DNA of 64,000 nucleotides from NCBI GenBank assembly GCA_030141605.1, contig JAQGDQ010000257.1:62001-126000 (forward strand), written 5' to 3'. Made by a program: the position numbers and the translations under genes. Positions 15,101-27,804 of the stretch are shown piece by piece. The DNA is from Tubiluchus corallicola (Eukaryota > Animalia > Priapulida). The first letter of the stretch is position 1. The number at the start of each line of letters is the position of its first letter. The notes under the pieces are model-generated. The model had not been told where the DNA came from and ran no database searches. It saw nothing but the letters and a program-made list of their open reading frames with translations.

Positions 15101-18100
15101 AAGACAAGTCAGTTAAACACTGAAGCAACAGAAACAGCATTGATTACATTTTAATCTCTAGCATAATGATTTTTCTAGGATGGTTTAAGTAATTTATATT
15201 ATCCAATTTTAATGTGCTACTGAATCAATTACGGTTACGGTACTTCATGTAAACTAAAAAAGAAGTGATGACAAAATTTTATAAGTCGTTATGTAAACAA
15301 AAGAAATTCAAGCCAAAAAGCAATAAAAGGAAACATCTTTTAACTTTATTTAGTCCTGTCCAAACAAACAAAAGAGTGAAACACTTGGTCATCTTACTAA
15401 TCTCCTTTGTTTTTTAGCAATCGGCATGGTTTTTATTCGCCAGTTTATAAGGGCACTCATAAAGTTTGCTGACACAGTACAAAGGTAACTCTGGTCAATA
15501 ATACGCATGCAGAGGTTAGTGCACAAGCTTATCTGACATATTTAGTAGGTATGTAAACACAATACACCTGAGGGCTAAATTCTACAGCTCATACCTGTAT
15601 GGTACGCCATTTGCAATAGTGAGGATTATATTCAATTTCACAGAAATATTTACTGGTGAAATTCCAGAAAGTATTAGGCATGATGATGCCATTATACAAT
15701 TTAAAACATGTTGCAAAAAATTACAGAACTATAAGATGTTGTGACAATTTATATACAATTTTTGTATGTTTACTGTCTTCATAAAGCAGAGACAAAATTT
15801 TTAAATGATTCACTTTTTAATGAAATGGCACAAAATTCAAGCACAGGCAACATTATTTAAACTTTTTGGCAACGCAACTTCCCCCAGCTATTAAAGCAAA
15901 TTGATATTAATCACCATTTTTAAGTCCATAAAGTTTAAAACAAAATGCACTGTAAGCACATATATAAAATAAATATTGATTTAAATTCTTAACTGTTAGT
16001 TATCATTTGTAAAAGCTTTTGAATTCAGTTCACCGAAGCTAGAAATTTCATACATTGTTTTTGTGTAATAAAATGTGTTGATTAAAGGAAGAAAAATCAA
16101 CTCATAGCAGGAAAAGATTGCTTAATAGGCCATTAGGGTTAGTGAAAAAAGCAAGACTAGTTGCAAAAGAGTACAGTTGAAATGTTTCGCCACAGCTAAC
16201 GGGCTAAGTAAATATTTTTGTTACCGTGTGAATAAGATGTATTCTAAAGTTCTTTGGCAGAAAATCTCCTCAAGTATTTAAGCTTTTAATAGTGTAAAGT
16301 CACTGAGGGTACGGCTAGACTGTATCGCTTGGCCAAAACTTGAACAATAAATGCAACTGTGTTGAGAGATAAAGGGCGATAACTTTACACTACTGGTGCG
16401 GGCTTTCACCATACAAGAATAGAATTAGTGGACAAACTTTGTCCAACAAAATTTAACAATGTTCTAAAGGACATTAAGTATTAAACTAAAAGCAGGATTA
16501 CTAATAAAGCAGTTAACTGGACTGAGTTTTATAGTGGATTGAAGTGCTAACTGAGAATAAATTAAAAAATAACTGAAAAAAAGCTTTCGTTGTGCAAACC
16601 CACCATGAAAACAATTAACTGCTATAATCTCACCAACATTCAACAAAACACTGAGTGTTATAAAAATTACGTGAAAATGTAGTCTCCGTAAGGATTTCTC
16701 TCAACAAATAAAGCATCCTGGAAATCAAGCCCTGTCCAGTGTGCTTTTTTAGTCTCTTCGCTAAATCCCCAACACTCAATCCCTATGTTGTCATGGAGAT
16801 CTGAAAACAAAAGTGTTATTATGAAGTAACTTAAATGACTTTAAATAGCGAGTTCAAAAATATACTATGAGTACAATAAGCCTGTGAGTTTAGGGGTCTC
16901 CATCCCCTAACGTGGAATTAGCAAAAAGGGCAAACACATGACGTAGCTTTGTTTAAATCGTCCCACACAATAGTTTAGTTAAACAAATTTAATATGGTAC
17001 TTCTTGGCTATCTTCAAATGATTACCAATTACTACTTTAGTTCTGTATACTTCTACCCTTATAACGGTTACAAAGAAGATAAAACAATAGTGATATTGGA
17101 ATTATTTTTTAAAACAATGTGTGTATTACATGGCAAATGAATCCTGGCATTATAACTTCTTTGCCTATGGTAATTAAGTTCAGTAAAACAAAGAGAGCTT
17201 TCGTCCCCTTAGGTAACTGGCAGTATTGAGAAAGGAACTGCCTCTCTAACATCACAGAAATATTGTACAGTAGCAGGTTGCCACGACAGTAATATAACAT
17301 AGTACTACTAGTAGTAGTCCTCAAAATGACAATTCTGTTGTTGCTACCAACGTCATAAAACGAAGCTACGTTTCGTATAACGACGGTCGTCAAATTTATA
17401 ATAAAAATTATGTCAAACATAGTCCTATAGTGTAATTAGTACCACAGTTTTTTAGAGAGTAGGCCTAAAGAGTTTTAAGTTTACTATTACTAGATCATTT
17501 TATTGACTAATTTTTTAATATACCCAATTATGCCAAGTAATCTTGTCGAGAGTTTTAGCAGTAGACTAGTAAGAGTGCAAGCTGATTTTTAAAAAATAAT
17601 GTGAGCAAAACTGCAAAATACTAATTACCATGAAAATTGTGGAAAATGAAAATTTCATCATTGGAAAATTCGCATTATTAGCTACTCAAGCACGACAATA
17701 AAAGAAACCTTCAATTGCCAAACACCATAGTTCAGCTTTCATAAATTTATTGAGTATCGCAACAATTATTAACAAACCTTTACATAAATAATATTATTAT
17801 ACCACTTAATTTTTTTTCCTGATGACGACTGCTATAATAAAAACATTGAACTTTTATAATAAAATTTATTATAATACAGTAAGTGCCGTTTATTAGACTC
17901 ACGGTTAATAGACTCAATCGCTCTATTGACTCAAAAGCCTCTAGTACGGGCCGCTTCCATTCAAATGCATATAAAAACTGTTGGTAATTGACTCAAATAA
18001 CTCCACATAATTGACTCATATGCCTGTTTCACATGCTTCAAGACACTTTCGTGTGACCAACAAGCTTTTGTGACTTTCATATCATCTTAGTTCGCTTTTG

Positions 18101-21100
18101 CGTATAAGACATACATATACAGACGAAGCCTAATGCAGGGAAGCACAGACATCACCTACAGTTCAAGCACACCACGCACTAAGTATTTTGCGAAAATTTG
18201 GTATTATACAACAACACAATTTCAATGTTTTTATCATTACGAGAACTTCTGACCCAAGATGTCACAAAAAAGCAGCAGCCGATTTTGGACGTAATTCCAT
18301 AATTTTTGTAAATAAATAGACTTGCGTAATTTAGAAAAGTAAACCTATTTATTTTCTTTTAACTCACTCACTTTATAAATTAATATTTTTTAATGACTAG
18401 AAGGAGTTTGGGCATTACTTCGTTTCTAAAATACATTATAAGCCTTTGCAGTGCATACTAAACTGATGATTCATACTTCTATGTGTACTACTTCTTTCAG
18501 TTAATAGGTTCAGTCGGTTAATTGGATAAAAGTCTTCCATCCCAAAGTGAGTCTACTAAGTGCGTCTACTGTTGTGGGTTCTTTATAAAACAGTTATTGT
18601 TCTAGTTATAAAAAACTTTACTAACAAACCAGTACTACTACTAGTATAACCAAGCCTATTTTACAACTTATTTTTAGAGGTACTGCAAGATTAGCTGTCA
18701 TCTGGAAAAATATAATCTTGATGTCAATAATATGAAGAAGGAACAATATCACATTCAGCAAGGAGGTGACGATTCACGGAAAAAATTGTAAATATTTAAA
18801 TAATTTGAGAGACACTGAGACTGATTATAGCAAAGGAAAATTCTAGCATTGTCCGCTTAATCATATCTCACAAAGGTTTTTGAAAAAAACTGACTTTCTC
18901 TTGAAACCGAATTTTAGGCATTTCAGCATTAGCCCAATCTGTATTTTTATACAAAGCTGAACTTTGGACAAAAAAATTAAACAGGAGAAGAAAATGAATG
19001 CTTTTCAACACATCTTTACAGAATGCAGTTTGGTATAAAATAATGGCTTGACAGAATATCCTATGATGGTCTGTCTGTGTGATGTGGACAAGAAAACAAA
19101 TAAAGGTAAACAAATTCAATTAAGCAAGTAAGAAGATTACACTGCAATCTCCTCTTCCTATAGCATGATTATGTAAAGTTCTTGAAATGACAAAACAGTT
19201 GAGAGAGGGTTGCTTCTGACTTGTATAGATAGAACGCAAAAAGAGGAAATACAACTGTAGATTTGAGGGATGATGCATCAGGGGTACCATGGAGTGTACC
19301 AATGTTTCAGAATTGTTCTTGTTAAAATATTATTGTATTGCTTGGCATTGATTGCGGTTATTATATGGAGGACAAGACAAGAAACAATTACTAATGAAAT
19401 TTGAATTACATACCACACACTTCATAACCAAATGTTATGTCTGCAGCAGAAGTACACTCTTCTATTGTCATCTCTGTTCCTGTACAGTTAGGAGAGATGT
19501 ACTGCAATTGTCGCGTGCTGTTTCGTTTTGGAAACCAGCGATAAAACTGTCCATCTGCAAAACCCAACTGTTTGCAAGCCACTTTAGTGTCCTCCAAGGT
19601 CCATCTACAACAGCATCAGAAAATATTAAAATCCAGCAAATATAAGTGAACAAATATCTAATATAACCACATTTTAGTCGAAAATTGGAAAGCTATGATG
19701 CGTTAGTAACTTTTGGGTTTACAATAATTATTATCTACTCTACCAATTTTGTTAACAAGAAAATTTTATACTGAAACAGTGAGAAGTAGTTATGATTATC
19801 ATCGTTTTACTGATGCACAATAATGACCGAAATTAGCTACAGTATTAGTGATTTTTAAAATTTGGGTCAGATTTTGGATTCTTATATAACAGATTTTAGA
19901 TAGGTTTTTGAAGATGGTCATAACTCGTGCACGTTTTTTGGAAGATCAGTCGGATCCGACAACATGTCTCATAAAAGAAGTCTTGAGTAGGTGTATATTA
20001 CATTACATTTACAGTACAAACTATATTTATACTATAATTATTTCAACTATATTTGAATATTTCACATTGGTTATAATTATTGTGGTCTTAGTTTTCTTGA
20101 GACACGGATAAGTAAGGCATGAATTTCCTAAACGTAATAAAGAGGTTGTGTTATTAGCGAATTAGGTCCAAATGCCCACAATTAAAGCTTTGGGTCTGAA
20201 CAACACTTGAATAAAAGATTAATCCGATCGCACAAAAGCTAGTTACGTATCCGGCATCCCGCTGCTCAGTCTATGTATTGTTTCTACTAGACGCTGTTGA
20301 CGCTTGCTTAAGAAGTACGGCCAGCTAATTGTCAACTTGGCATAATGACAAATCATCATTAATGTAACCAAATTACTGAACTTACATGCAAAACGATGTT
20401 GCACTTAATAGCTATTGTCAAAAACAATTGAGCCTACAGACTAAAGCAAACAGTCACAACACTAAAGAGATTTCTATTCGGTATGAGATCCCTATTCCCC
20501 TGCAATATGACAAATGCATGTTGCACTGTTTAACTACTCTGCACCGTGAGTAAAGAATTTCTCAGAATGTTAAGAGTCAATTAATGGACTTTGGAATAAG
20601 TAAAGATTTGTCAAATGAATAATTCAACAATCATTCTACAATATTTGATCTACAACAGTCAGTTTTAAAGCGCGTGTATTAGTATTAAACCTAGTGAAAC
20701 AGGAATGCGTGACGTTTCCTGCACGAAAACAGGTGAGAGAAATGGGCCCACGCTTCTATATGAACTGATGTCGCAGACAACACTGTCTAGCTGTTATTAT
20801 CACTCGGATCACACCACTTGCATATTAAATCATGACTAATAATTAATGAGACCTTGATTTAGTTTTAAAATTTTGCAAAAAGACTGCAACTAAGATCGTT
20901 ATTTGCGATCAATTAAACTAAAAGGATAATTAATTTAATGTAAACTTATGTAACTCATAAATTCACCAATTAAAACGGATGTATTATCAATTTATTGGTG
21001 CTATGAATATTTGATACCGGAGAATAAGACAACCAGGAAAAACAGTGAAAAAGTTGTTCTTGGCACGGATTTGAACATGTGCCCTCCTGTGAACAAGCAA

Positions 21101-24100
21101 ACACATTCGCTGACTCAGTCACCCACAGTCAGTCGGATAGAAATTTTCCATATTAATTCCTTTAGGTCAGACGCCCGTTTCAATGCTGGTACAATTTTAC
21201 ATCATATTCACTAGATTAACGAATATAATTAATTAATTAATTAACTAATTTAACGCACGCCGGTTACCAAGTCACTAATGTGACAGATCCTTCACCCTAA
21301 GAAGGAAACATTTAATCTTACAGTTGGTATACAAAGGTATTACAGTTGGCATATACAGTTGGTATAAGGAAAGAAAATTGTGCTCTGTCAAGAATTGAAC
21401 CTGACTAATGTATTTATGTATAGGCCTGATTAATGTAGACTGCCTGTGTTTATCAACTTAATGACATGAATCTAGCACTCCTAAAAAGGAGATTTTTTTT
21501 CTTAAGCAGGATTTGAATTGGAGACCTAAGGCTTACAAGACGGTGCTACAACCAACTGAGCCTTCACTGCATCATAATCGCAATATGTTTATGACAAATG
21601 TCCTTAATTATCAATGATTCTGAATCTCTAATCACTGCAAACACCAATTTAAAAACAAGTAGAGGCAAACAAAAAATGAATGCATAGTAAACTTTACCTA
21701 CAAATACAAAACCTTACCTGTGAGATCGGGTACACACTGGTCTCCACTTTCCATTATACAGCAATTCGACACGTCCACGAGCGACTGTTTCTCCATCTAC
21801 TAACCGGATCGTTCTGGATGCAGATGGGTCTACCGCAGACGAGGTATCACTTTTAGTGAATTTAACTCTTGCATCACTTGTTCCCTGTAATAGTTTTTTA
21901 CAACAAAGTGAATGCTTTGAAATAATAAATTATTGATGCTACTTTGTGCGTTTGTTCCCTTTAATAGTTTTTTACAACAAAGTGAATGCTTTGAAATAAT
22001 AAATTATTGGTGCTACTTTCATTGTGCGTTTGTTCCCTTTAATAGTTTTTAGAACTGAGTAAATACTTTGAAGTAATAAATAATTGGTGCTACTTTCATT
22101 GTGCATTTGTTCCCTTTAATAGTTTTTTAGAACTGAGTGAATACTTTGAAGTAATAAATTATTGATGCTACTTTCAGTGTGCGTTTGTTCCCTGTAATAG
22201 TTTTTTTTAGAACTGAGTGAATACTTTGAAGTAATAAATAATTGGCGCTACATTCATTGTGGGTTTGTTCCCTGTAATAGTTTTTTTTAGAACTGAGCGA
22301 ATACTTTGAAGTAATAAATAATTGGTGCTACTTTCATTGTGCATTTGTTCCCTTTAATAGTTTTTTAGAACTGAGTGAATACTTTGAAGTAATAAATTAT
22401 TGATGCTACTTTCAGTGTGCGTTTGTTCCCTGTAATAGTTTTTTTAGAACTGAGTGAATACTTTGAAGTAATAAATAATTGGTGCTACATTCATTGTGGG
22501 TTTGTTCCCTGTAATAGTTTTTTTAGAACTGAGTGAATACTTTGAAGTAATAAACCATTGATGCTACCTTTATTGTGCGTTTGTTCCCTGTAATAGTTTT
22601 TTTAGAACTGAGTTGAATACTTTGAAGTAATAAATTATTGGTGCTACATTCATTGTGCGTTTGTTCCCTGTAAATAGCTTTTTAGAACCGAGTGAATGCT
22701 TTGAAGTAATAAATTATTGGCATTACTTTCATCGTGCGTTCTGTTTTAATCAGAGTTCTCTCTTTTCTGAACCAGAACCTTTGTGATTTACAGATCGTGA
22801 ATGTTTGCATCGTTTTGATACTTCTCCTGGGCCAGAAACCGTCTTTTGTGGAAAGTTTAAGCAGCACCAAAATCAATTTCATCAGACCAACTGACAAACG
22901 TCGCCCTGTGTTTCAAATAGCTACGACATTTACAGACCAAAGTACCAAAATGCCATCAGCAAAAATCTAAAACAATTGACTTTTTGTAAGTTCTTATTTT
23001 GCAACGATATTCTTTTGTATACACTAAGACACAAGAGATTTTTATCACTCTGATTGGAAGCATTCTCAGCTTTGTATTTCAACAACTGCAGCTTGAAATC
23101 GGCTGGGTAATATATCGACCTTGCGCAAAATTATGAAATTTGGTTTTTAGGATATTTCCGCACGAGAAGAGATGGAGAACAAAAAGTTTGACCATGTACC
23201 ACAGTCATTAAATCAACTGACCTCAATGGCCTAGAGACTCTAGGGGTACTTTTCTTACAAACGGCACGAAACAAAATTTGAAAACCGACAATAGGACTTC
23301 TAGTCGTTCATTTGCACGTGGAATACGTTTTAAACTTTAAGGAAATTCTATTGGAACTTTAGCGAGGAATTTGTTTCTAAGGGCACTACTGCATTGCAGA
23401 CATTAACAATCACGCTGACGTTAGCTACACAAACCACTTAGTCCTTATTTATTTGCACAGTATGTGCAGCTAATCTTATGAAAACGACCTTTGATAAGCG
23501 ACTCCATTGGTACTTAATAATAACTGACATCAATTCAAACGTCAAGATGTTATAATTATTATATTTATGCAGGTGTAAAGGTTTGAGGTAAGCAATGTGC
23601 CATCTCATTGTGTACTATGTGGGCCTTACTTTTGAAGGTTCCTTTACCTGTTTAACAGCAAATGACATAGGCAAAGCAAAGTGGTTTCAGAGCTAATATT
23701 TAAGATGATAGTAATAAAATTAGGCCTCGTCCGCATCCGATCTTATTTACAGGACAACTGAAATTTGTTCACACTAAGAGTGGTCTAAGAGTGTATAATT
23801 ATACAGCTAAACACGTGATGGCGACACCCTCTTTATGTATGACAAACTTGGAAAAATTAGGCTTCAATGCATTCCTCACCATTCCTTATAGGCAGTCACG
23901 CTTGACGAGTTCGGTAAACAGATAGGTCGACATCATCTTTGTTATTTAACGCAAAACGGAACCCAATCTTAAACTGTAGAACAAAGCAATCTACTCATTA
24001 AAATATTAAAAGGAACATACTATTTTTTTTCAAAAATGACTTACTTGAAAGAATTATTACCACACAAACACAATTTCACGTTTGCGCCACTAAGCTCTTC

Positions 24101-25291
24101 GCTGTTACATGCATTTCCCTATTCACTAGTTAGACGGGAACTAGCGCCTGCATTTCGGAAACGCATTGCACAAAAATAAGTGTTGTACCTCTCAGTTCAG
24201 ATGTGTGAGTTTGTGACGAACTACACACGTTCGACAGCTCATGTTGGAGTACAGCAGTAAACTTGAATTTTTATCTTAAAACTTGCCTAGTTTTAGTACA
24301 ACACACGGAATATCTTAAAGTAGCACTGAAGTTCAATTTTCACTTTCGCAAACACGTGCAAAACGCTCGTGGAATTTTTGCTGTTAAAAATTATGTTAGT
24401 TCGTTGATGTCATCAATAGTTGGGCTCGCCTGCTGTTTGTTCTTTGTCCTTCCAGCTATACATCTTTTTTGGAGTTTTAAAGCAGCCTTCCCCAACTCCA
24501 TATACAGAATGCAAACATAAATGTCGCACTAATCGATGCTAATATATATTTTTTTCTTGAGCGACTAAAATGTTCTACAAAAAGGCTAATACACAATAGC
24601 TGTCAGAACGGAATAGATTTTTATCCAACTAAACGAAGCACTTCTAGTGACAAACAGCTAATGAAAACTTTTCAAGAATTAAATGGACAGCAATTCAAAA
24701 ATTTGATAAATGGACATGATAGGCAAATGCAAATACTTATCATATTTCTTGATTTTTACACATAAAATTATACAGGTTTATATTATAATAGATTCCATTG
24801 ATTAGTATACCCGCAAATGTGGGCACCAAACTTGTATGAATGTGACCGTGACAATAAAATCCAATTGTAATTCCGATGACATGATAAAAACTAATAAGTC
24901 GTACTTGTGTATATTTAATTACAGTACTATGCACACATATATATATATATATAGTACTGAACCATTTAAACAGGTAGCAGCTATTTAAAAAACCTACCTT
25001 TGATAATAAAATTCCCTTGACTGTTATTCCCGTATTTGCATCAAAATAAGCTTCCACTCCAGCTTCCACCTCCAATGACCCTGTTTCGTCCACATATAAA
25101 GGTGCTCTCACATAATACGGACTGTTAGCTAACGTCCACACATTCCGCGTTGAATTTTGTAACTCGTGCACTTCAGTCGCTGCACCTCCTTGAAAACTCG
25201 AAAAACAGACGAGCAGTAATAATAACAACAACTGCGAGCACATTATTGTTTGTTGTCCTCTAGTCCTGCATGCTCTCTCCTTCATACACAT
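1..25291 (-). CDS. bark: Protein bark beetle/anakonda-like tricellular junction receptor (SRCR, CUB, right-handed beta-helix repeats); 5' part, 16 exons, continues beyond window start
   Basis: Exons in transcript order: 25291-24998, 21884-21718, 19604-19414, 16800-16671, 15086-14866, 10214-9997, 9251-9005, 6837-6616, 6251-6097, 5393-5023, 4495-4068, 3699-3590, 2840-2600, 2337-2080, 1005-872, 181-<1. All are GT-AG and phase-compatible. The domain order (signal peptide, WTLANSPYYV N-terminus, SRCR, beta-helix, CUB-like, beta-helix with ASYNWWG, second SRCR) matches Drosophila Bark as I recall it. Confidence 0.85.
872..1005 (-). CDS. bark: bark-like exon 15
   Basis: GLFDYATHKYIAAVQIDMNQHQLNNLKIKNNDENGLTVLFSNPFK; atacag/gtttga. 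Confidence 0.85.
1479..1973. mobile_element. Degenerate hAT-like MITE
   Basis: Begins CAGGGTTGTAAA; many GAAC/GTTC subterminal motifs clustered at both ends; degenerate right TIR. Confidence 0.5.
2080..2337 (-). CDS. bark: bark-like exon 14 (end of SRCR2)
   Basis: IMSNVKCGDLDTDITKCRAE...CKDTEVVGLRCKEAKWTGIRF; ttctag/gtacat. Confidence 0.88.
2600..2840 (-). CDS. bark: bark-like exon 13 (start of SRCR2)
   Basis: VRLSGSGGSEGRLEVYLEGRWGTVCREGWTVEDASIVCNQL; ttttag/gtatgt. Confidence 0.9.
2887..3365 (+). repeat. Dispersed ~480-bp repeat, copy 1
   Basis: Colinear similarity with 23951-24430, e.g. shared CAAAAATGACTTAC, CTCAGTTCAGATGTG, GATGTCATCAATAGTTGGGCTCGCC. Confidence 0.85.
3590..3699 (-). 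CDS. bark: bark-like exon 12
   Basis: GGFLNGWERLYTGNTYTVIDDINIGLDGQLVIEHGVT; tcacag/gtaagt. Confidence 0.86.
4068..4495 (-). CDS. bark: bark-like exon 11
   Basis: YVVSLGV...EPFPFLNPR...ASYNWWG...IFDYRFRYNLA...PYL; ttccag/gtaagt. Confidence 0.88.
5023..5393 (-). CDS. bark: bark-like exon 10
   Basis: GNFCLPHVFNVSFNTF...YLESC...GLRIVPAVN...NTFKNNRG; tttcag/gttggt. Confidence 0.87.
6097..6251 (-). CDS. bark: bark-like exon 9
   Basis: GSRNITNSTFIANSENAISVWFN...GIAILQ; tggtag/gtaaga. Confidence 0.85.
6616..6837 (-). CDS. bark: bark-like exon 8
   Basis: YDLEVVNSNVRNNLQRGVSVYNLRS...NGYVAGLHVEDGAGDVTVNSSIIERNTGNGINITYSG; ttttag/gtaagg. Confidence 0.88.
6987..7525. mobile_element. hAT-like MITE
   Basis: TIRs TAGTGTTGCTCCGGATA ... 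TATCTGGAGCAACACTA; subterminal ATCCG/ATTCG repeats. Confidence 0.75.
9005..9251 (-). CDS. bark: bark-like exon 7 (CUB-like)
   Basis: LVIRDGEYSDSPLLANLSIVNNTKPQAIQTTGPVVWLSF; cttcag/gtaagt. Confidence 0.87.
9997..10214 (-). CDS. bark: bark-like exon 6
   Basis: GDGIAANSTHGNFSVTGSTVEYNHGDGIRY...FC...QCAR; ttacag/gtaggc. Confidence 0.87.
10560..11945 (+). mobile_element. Heavily decayed non-LTR retrotransposon (CR1/L2-group-like)
   Basis: Broken APE-like IIYKNTRSL and TEI* near 10570-10725; C-terminal L*NSLPEHCFPANFNLTCFKNN at ~11869-11936. Confidence 0.45.
14866..15086 (-). CDS. bark: bark-like exon 5
   Basis: SVLEYTDISYAG...PPILNDVKIEYSAFNALNY...NCHILNNR, beta-helix; ttctag/gtaagc. Confidence 0.87.
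16671..16800 (-). CDS. bark: bark-like exon 4 (end of SRCR1)
   Basis: DLHDNIGIECWGFSEETKKAHWTGLDFQDA...; tttcag acceptor, gtaatt donor; phases fit both neighbours. Confidence 0.82.
17877..18571. mobile_element. Tc1/mariner-pogo-type MITE
   Basis: TA|CAGTAAGTGCCGTTTATTAGACTCAC ... GTGAGTCTACTAAGTGCGTCTACTG; repeated TTGACTC subterminal motifs. Confidence 0.7.
19414..19604 (-). CDS. bark: bark-like exon 3 (SRCR1)
   Basis: WTLEDTKVACKQLGF...NCTGTEMTIEEC...EVC; ttgtag acceptor, gtatgt donor. Confidence 0.88.
21503..21570 (-). mobile_element. tRNA-like (Thr-TGT-like) SINE head or tRNA pseudogene
   Basis: GGCTCAGTTGGTTGTAGCACCGTCTTGTAAGCCTTAGGTCTCCAATTCAAATCC: A box and degenerate B box, stems broken. 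Confidence 0.5.
21718..21884 (-). CDS. bark: bark-like exon 2 (start of SRCR1)
   Basis: ttacag|GTSDARVKFTK...IRLVDGETVARGRVELLYNGKWRPVCTRSH|gtaagg; not in ORF track. Confidence 0.88.
21878..22740. repeat. Minisatellite, 11 x ~74-80 bp, overlapping bark exon 2 acceptor
   Basis: Unit TTGTTCCC(TG/TT)TAATAGTTTTTTAGAACTGAGTGAATACTTTGAAGTAATAAA...GTGCGT. Confidence 0.95.
23951..24430 (+). repeat. Dispersed ~480-bp repeat, copy 2
   Basis: Same orientation as, and colinear with, 2887-3365. Confidence 0.85.
24998..25291 (-). CDS. bark: bark-like exon 1 (signal peptide; ATG at 25291 or 25243)
   Basis: MCSQLLLLLLLVCFSSFQGGAA...WTLANSPYYVRAPLYV...GITVKGILLSK, donor AAG|GTAGGT. Confidence 0.85.
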
Positions 25292-26254
25292 GACTGATTT
25301 TTACTTTTTCTATCACCTGTTTTTATCACGCCTGCCGCCATTGATAGTATTTCTCATCGTTTCACAACGTCTTTGCAGTTGAAGACTAACGCAAACTGCA
25401 TTTGAATAGCAGGAACTTTGGACTTGACTCATCTGCAGTTTACAGCACAATCGCGACCACCTCCATTACGCCCGTACCCACATTGATGTTTAAACGCGTC
25501 ACGTGACCACCCAGGCTTTGTACAGGTACTCTTACCTGCGTCGATCGATCTAAACCGGTCTGACGTCACCCAGGTGTTGCAGCTAGCTTAGCCAGTTTTT
25601 ATCAAGTGCTGTCATCTGGCGGCAGTTAAATGAATTATGTCATGTCACCAATAGTAGCTTATGACGATGGATATACCCAGTAAATACGTATAGCATATCA
25701 AAACTCTGCAACAACGAGTCAATAAATAAAGTAATACAAGAAAATGTCTACATGAATTCTGATCTTTGGTTAGCATGGTAAAATTGAGCGTCATTGCCTT
25801 TAAGGTAAACTATAATACCTGTAGTGATCCTGGAGGTGCTAATAGGTGATTACAATGTGGACAGATACTTTTGATCCTTAATATGCTTCTTTGTTTGCGT
25901 CTGCAATTCGTCCAATGAAAAGGTAACATGTTACTTTATTATAACTTAGTAATGCCTTCAGATGTGACAATTGCTAATTGTGCGGTTAAATTACAACCGC
26001 ACTTGAGTTTGCAATTGAATCCGCAAAAACATTGTCACTATTTTTGTAGGAATTCTTTTATTATCAAATAAAATTGTAAACTCATGGACACGTGTGGACA
26101 TGGACACAACCAACAAACAAATGAAAAATGAACAAAAACAATGAAATAAATAAAGAAGCAAATGAACGACGGACGAATGGATGAATCAGCCAGCCAACCA
26201 ATCAAGAAACAACTCAATCATTCCAATCACTGACTCAATCAAAATCTTCTCAAT

Positions 26255-26853
<599 letters not shown>

Positions 26854-27008
26854 ATGAACGGGATGAACAAACATTTACACAAATAATTGATTTTTACGTT
26901 GAACGAGTCAATCCATCTAAAATGCAACTAACCTATAGCTGAATGAGTAGATGGATTTCAGATTTATTAAAGTAAGTGATTTTCAAATCCAACTGTTAGT
27001 TGCATCCT

Positions 27009-27110
27009 GAGTTGGGTGGCCGACTGGTTAAGATTTTGCACTGCAACTACGCAGTCTTGAGTTCGATACTAGCGGCTGATAACGCCAGAGCATATACCCT
27101 ACATGTTATT
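27009..27110 (+). mobile_element. tRNA-derived SINE head, degenerate
   Basis: TGGCCGACTGGTTAAG (A box) ... GAGTTCGATACT (B box). Confidence 0.5.
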
Positions 27111-27346
27111 GTTATTTGTGTATTGCGTCCTTAAATGTATTGTTGTAAGTATAAGTTACTAAATAGCCATCTGTGCTAATGTTGTCTGTTAAATGTGCGA
27201 CGGTAAACAGATCTTGTCTTTTCCTTTGCACAAAACAGAGAAAAATAGATTCATTATCGTAACCTGGTCAAATGCGCTGTAAAAGTGTTCATATTGATAT
27301 TGCCTACATAGTTAAGAAATGACAAGCTCTGTCTACGCCAAATTAA

Positions 27347-27804
27347 CCCTTTCATACTCTTTGTATCCCATGGGATACGAGAATATTTTCTGCCTTTAAA
27401 ATTAATAAAATTTTAAAACTGACAGTTATATGATCTGTTAATAGTTATTTTGCTTTAAGCCAATAACAATAGACTAAAATGGTGATAAAATGGCAAACTA
27501 GAAAATCTACATAGCATAAAAAAACTGCGCAAGGTACAGTACTTTAGAGACGACTTTGTACAGATCAGTATAGCATGCATACTAAATGTCTTAAATACTT
27601 TAAAAAATTATCAACTGTTGCAAAATGAAGCACATTTTATGCTTCCATTGAATCACAATGTATCCCGTGGGATACAGGCTATATTTAGCACGCGGGCACA
27701 GGAAGAAAAAAAAATTATTATGTGTAAACAAGATGGACATACTGAACAAAAGTACCAAGCCAAAAATTTTTTTCTTATTAAAAAATTATTTGGGCCTGAA
27801 AGGG
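27347..27804. mobile_element. piggyBac-like MITE
   Basis: TTAA|CCCTTTCA ... TGAAAGGG|TTCA; internal palindromic TGTATCCC(A/G)TGGGATAC at ~27362 and ~27659. Confidence 0.7.

Noticed and set aside
21878-22740. CRISPR-like array
   Set aside because: Whole ~79-bp units are homologous; it is a minisatellite.
25528-25540. Upstream non-coding bark exon donor (CAG|GTAAGA)
   Set aside because: No convincing acceptor lies between it and the ATG; more simply a promoter motif.
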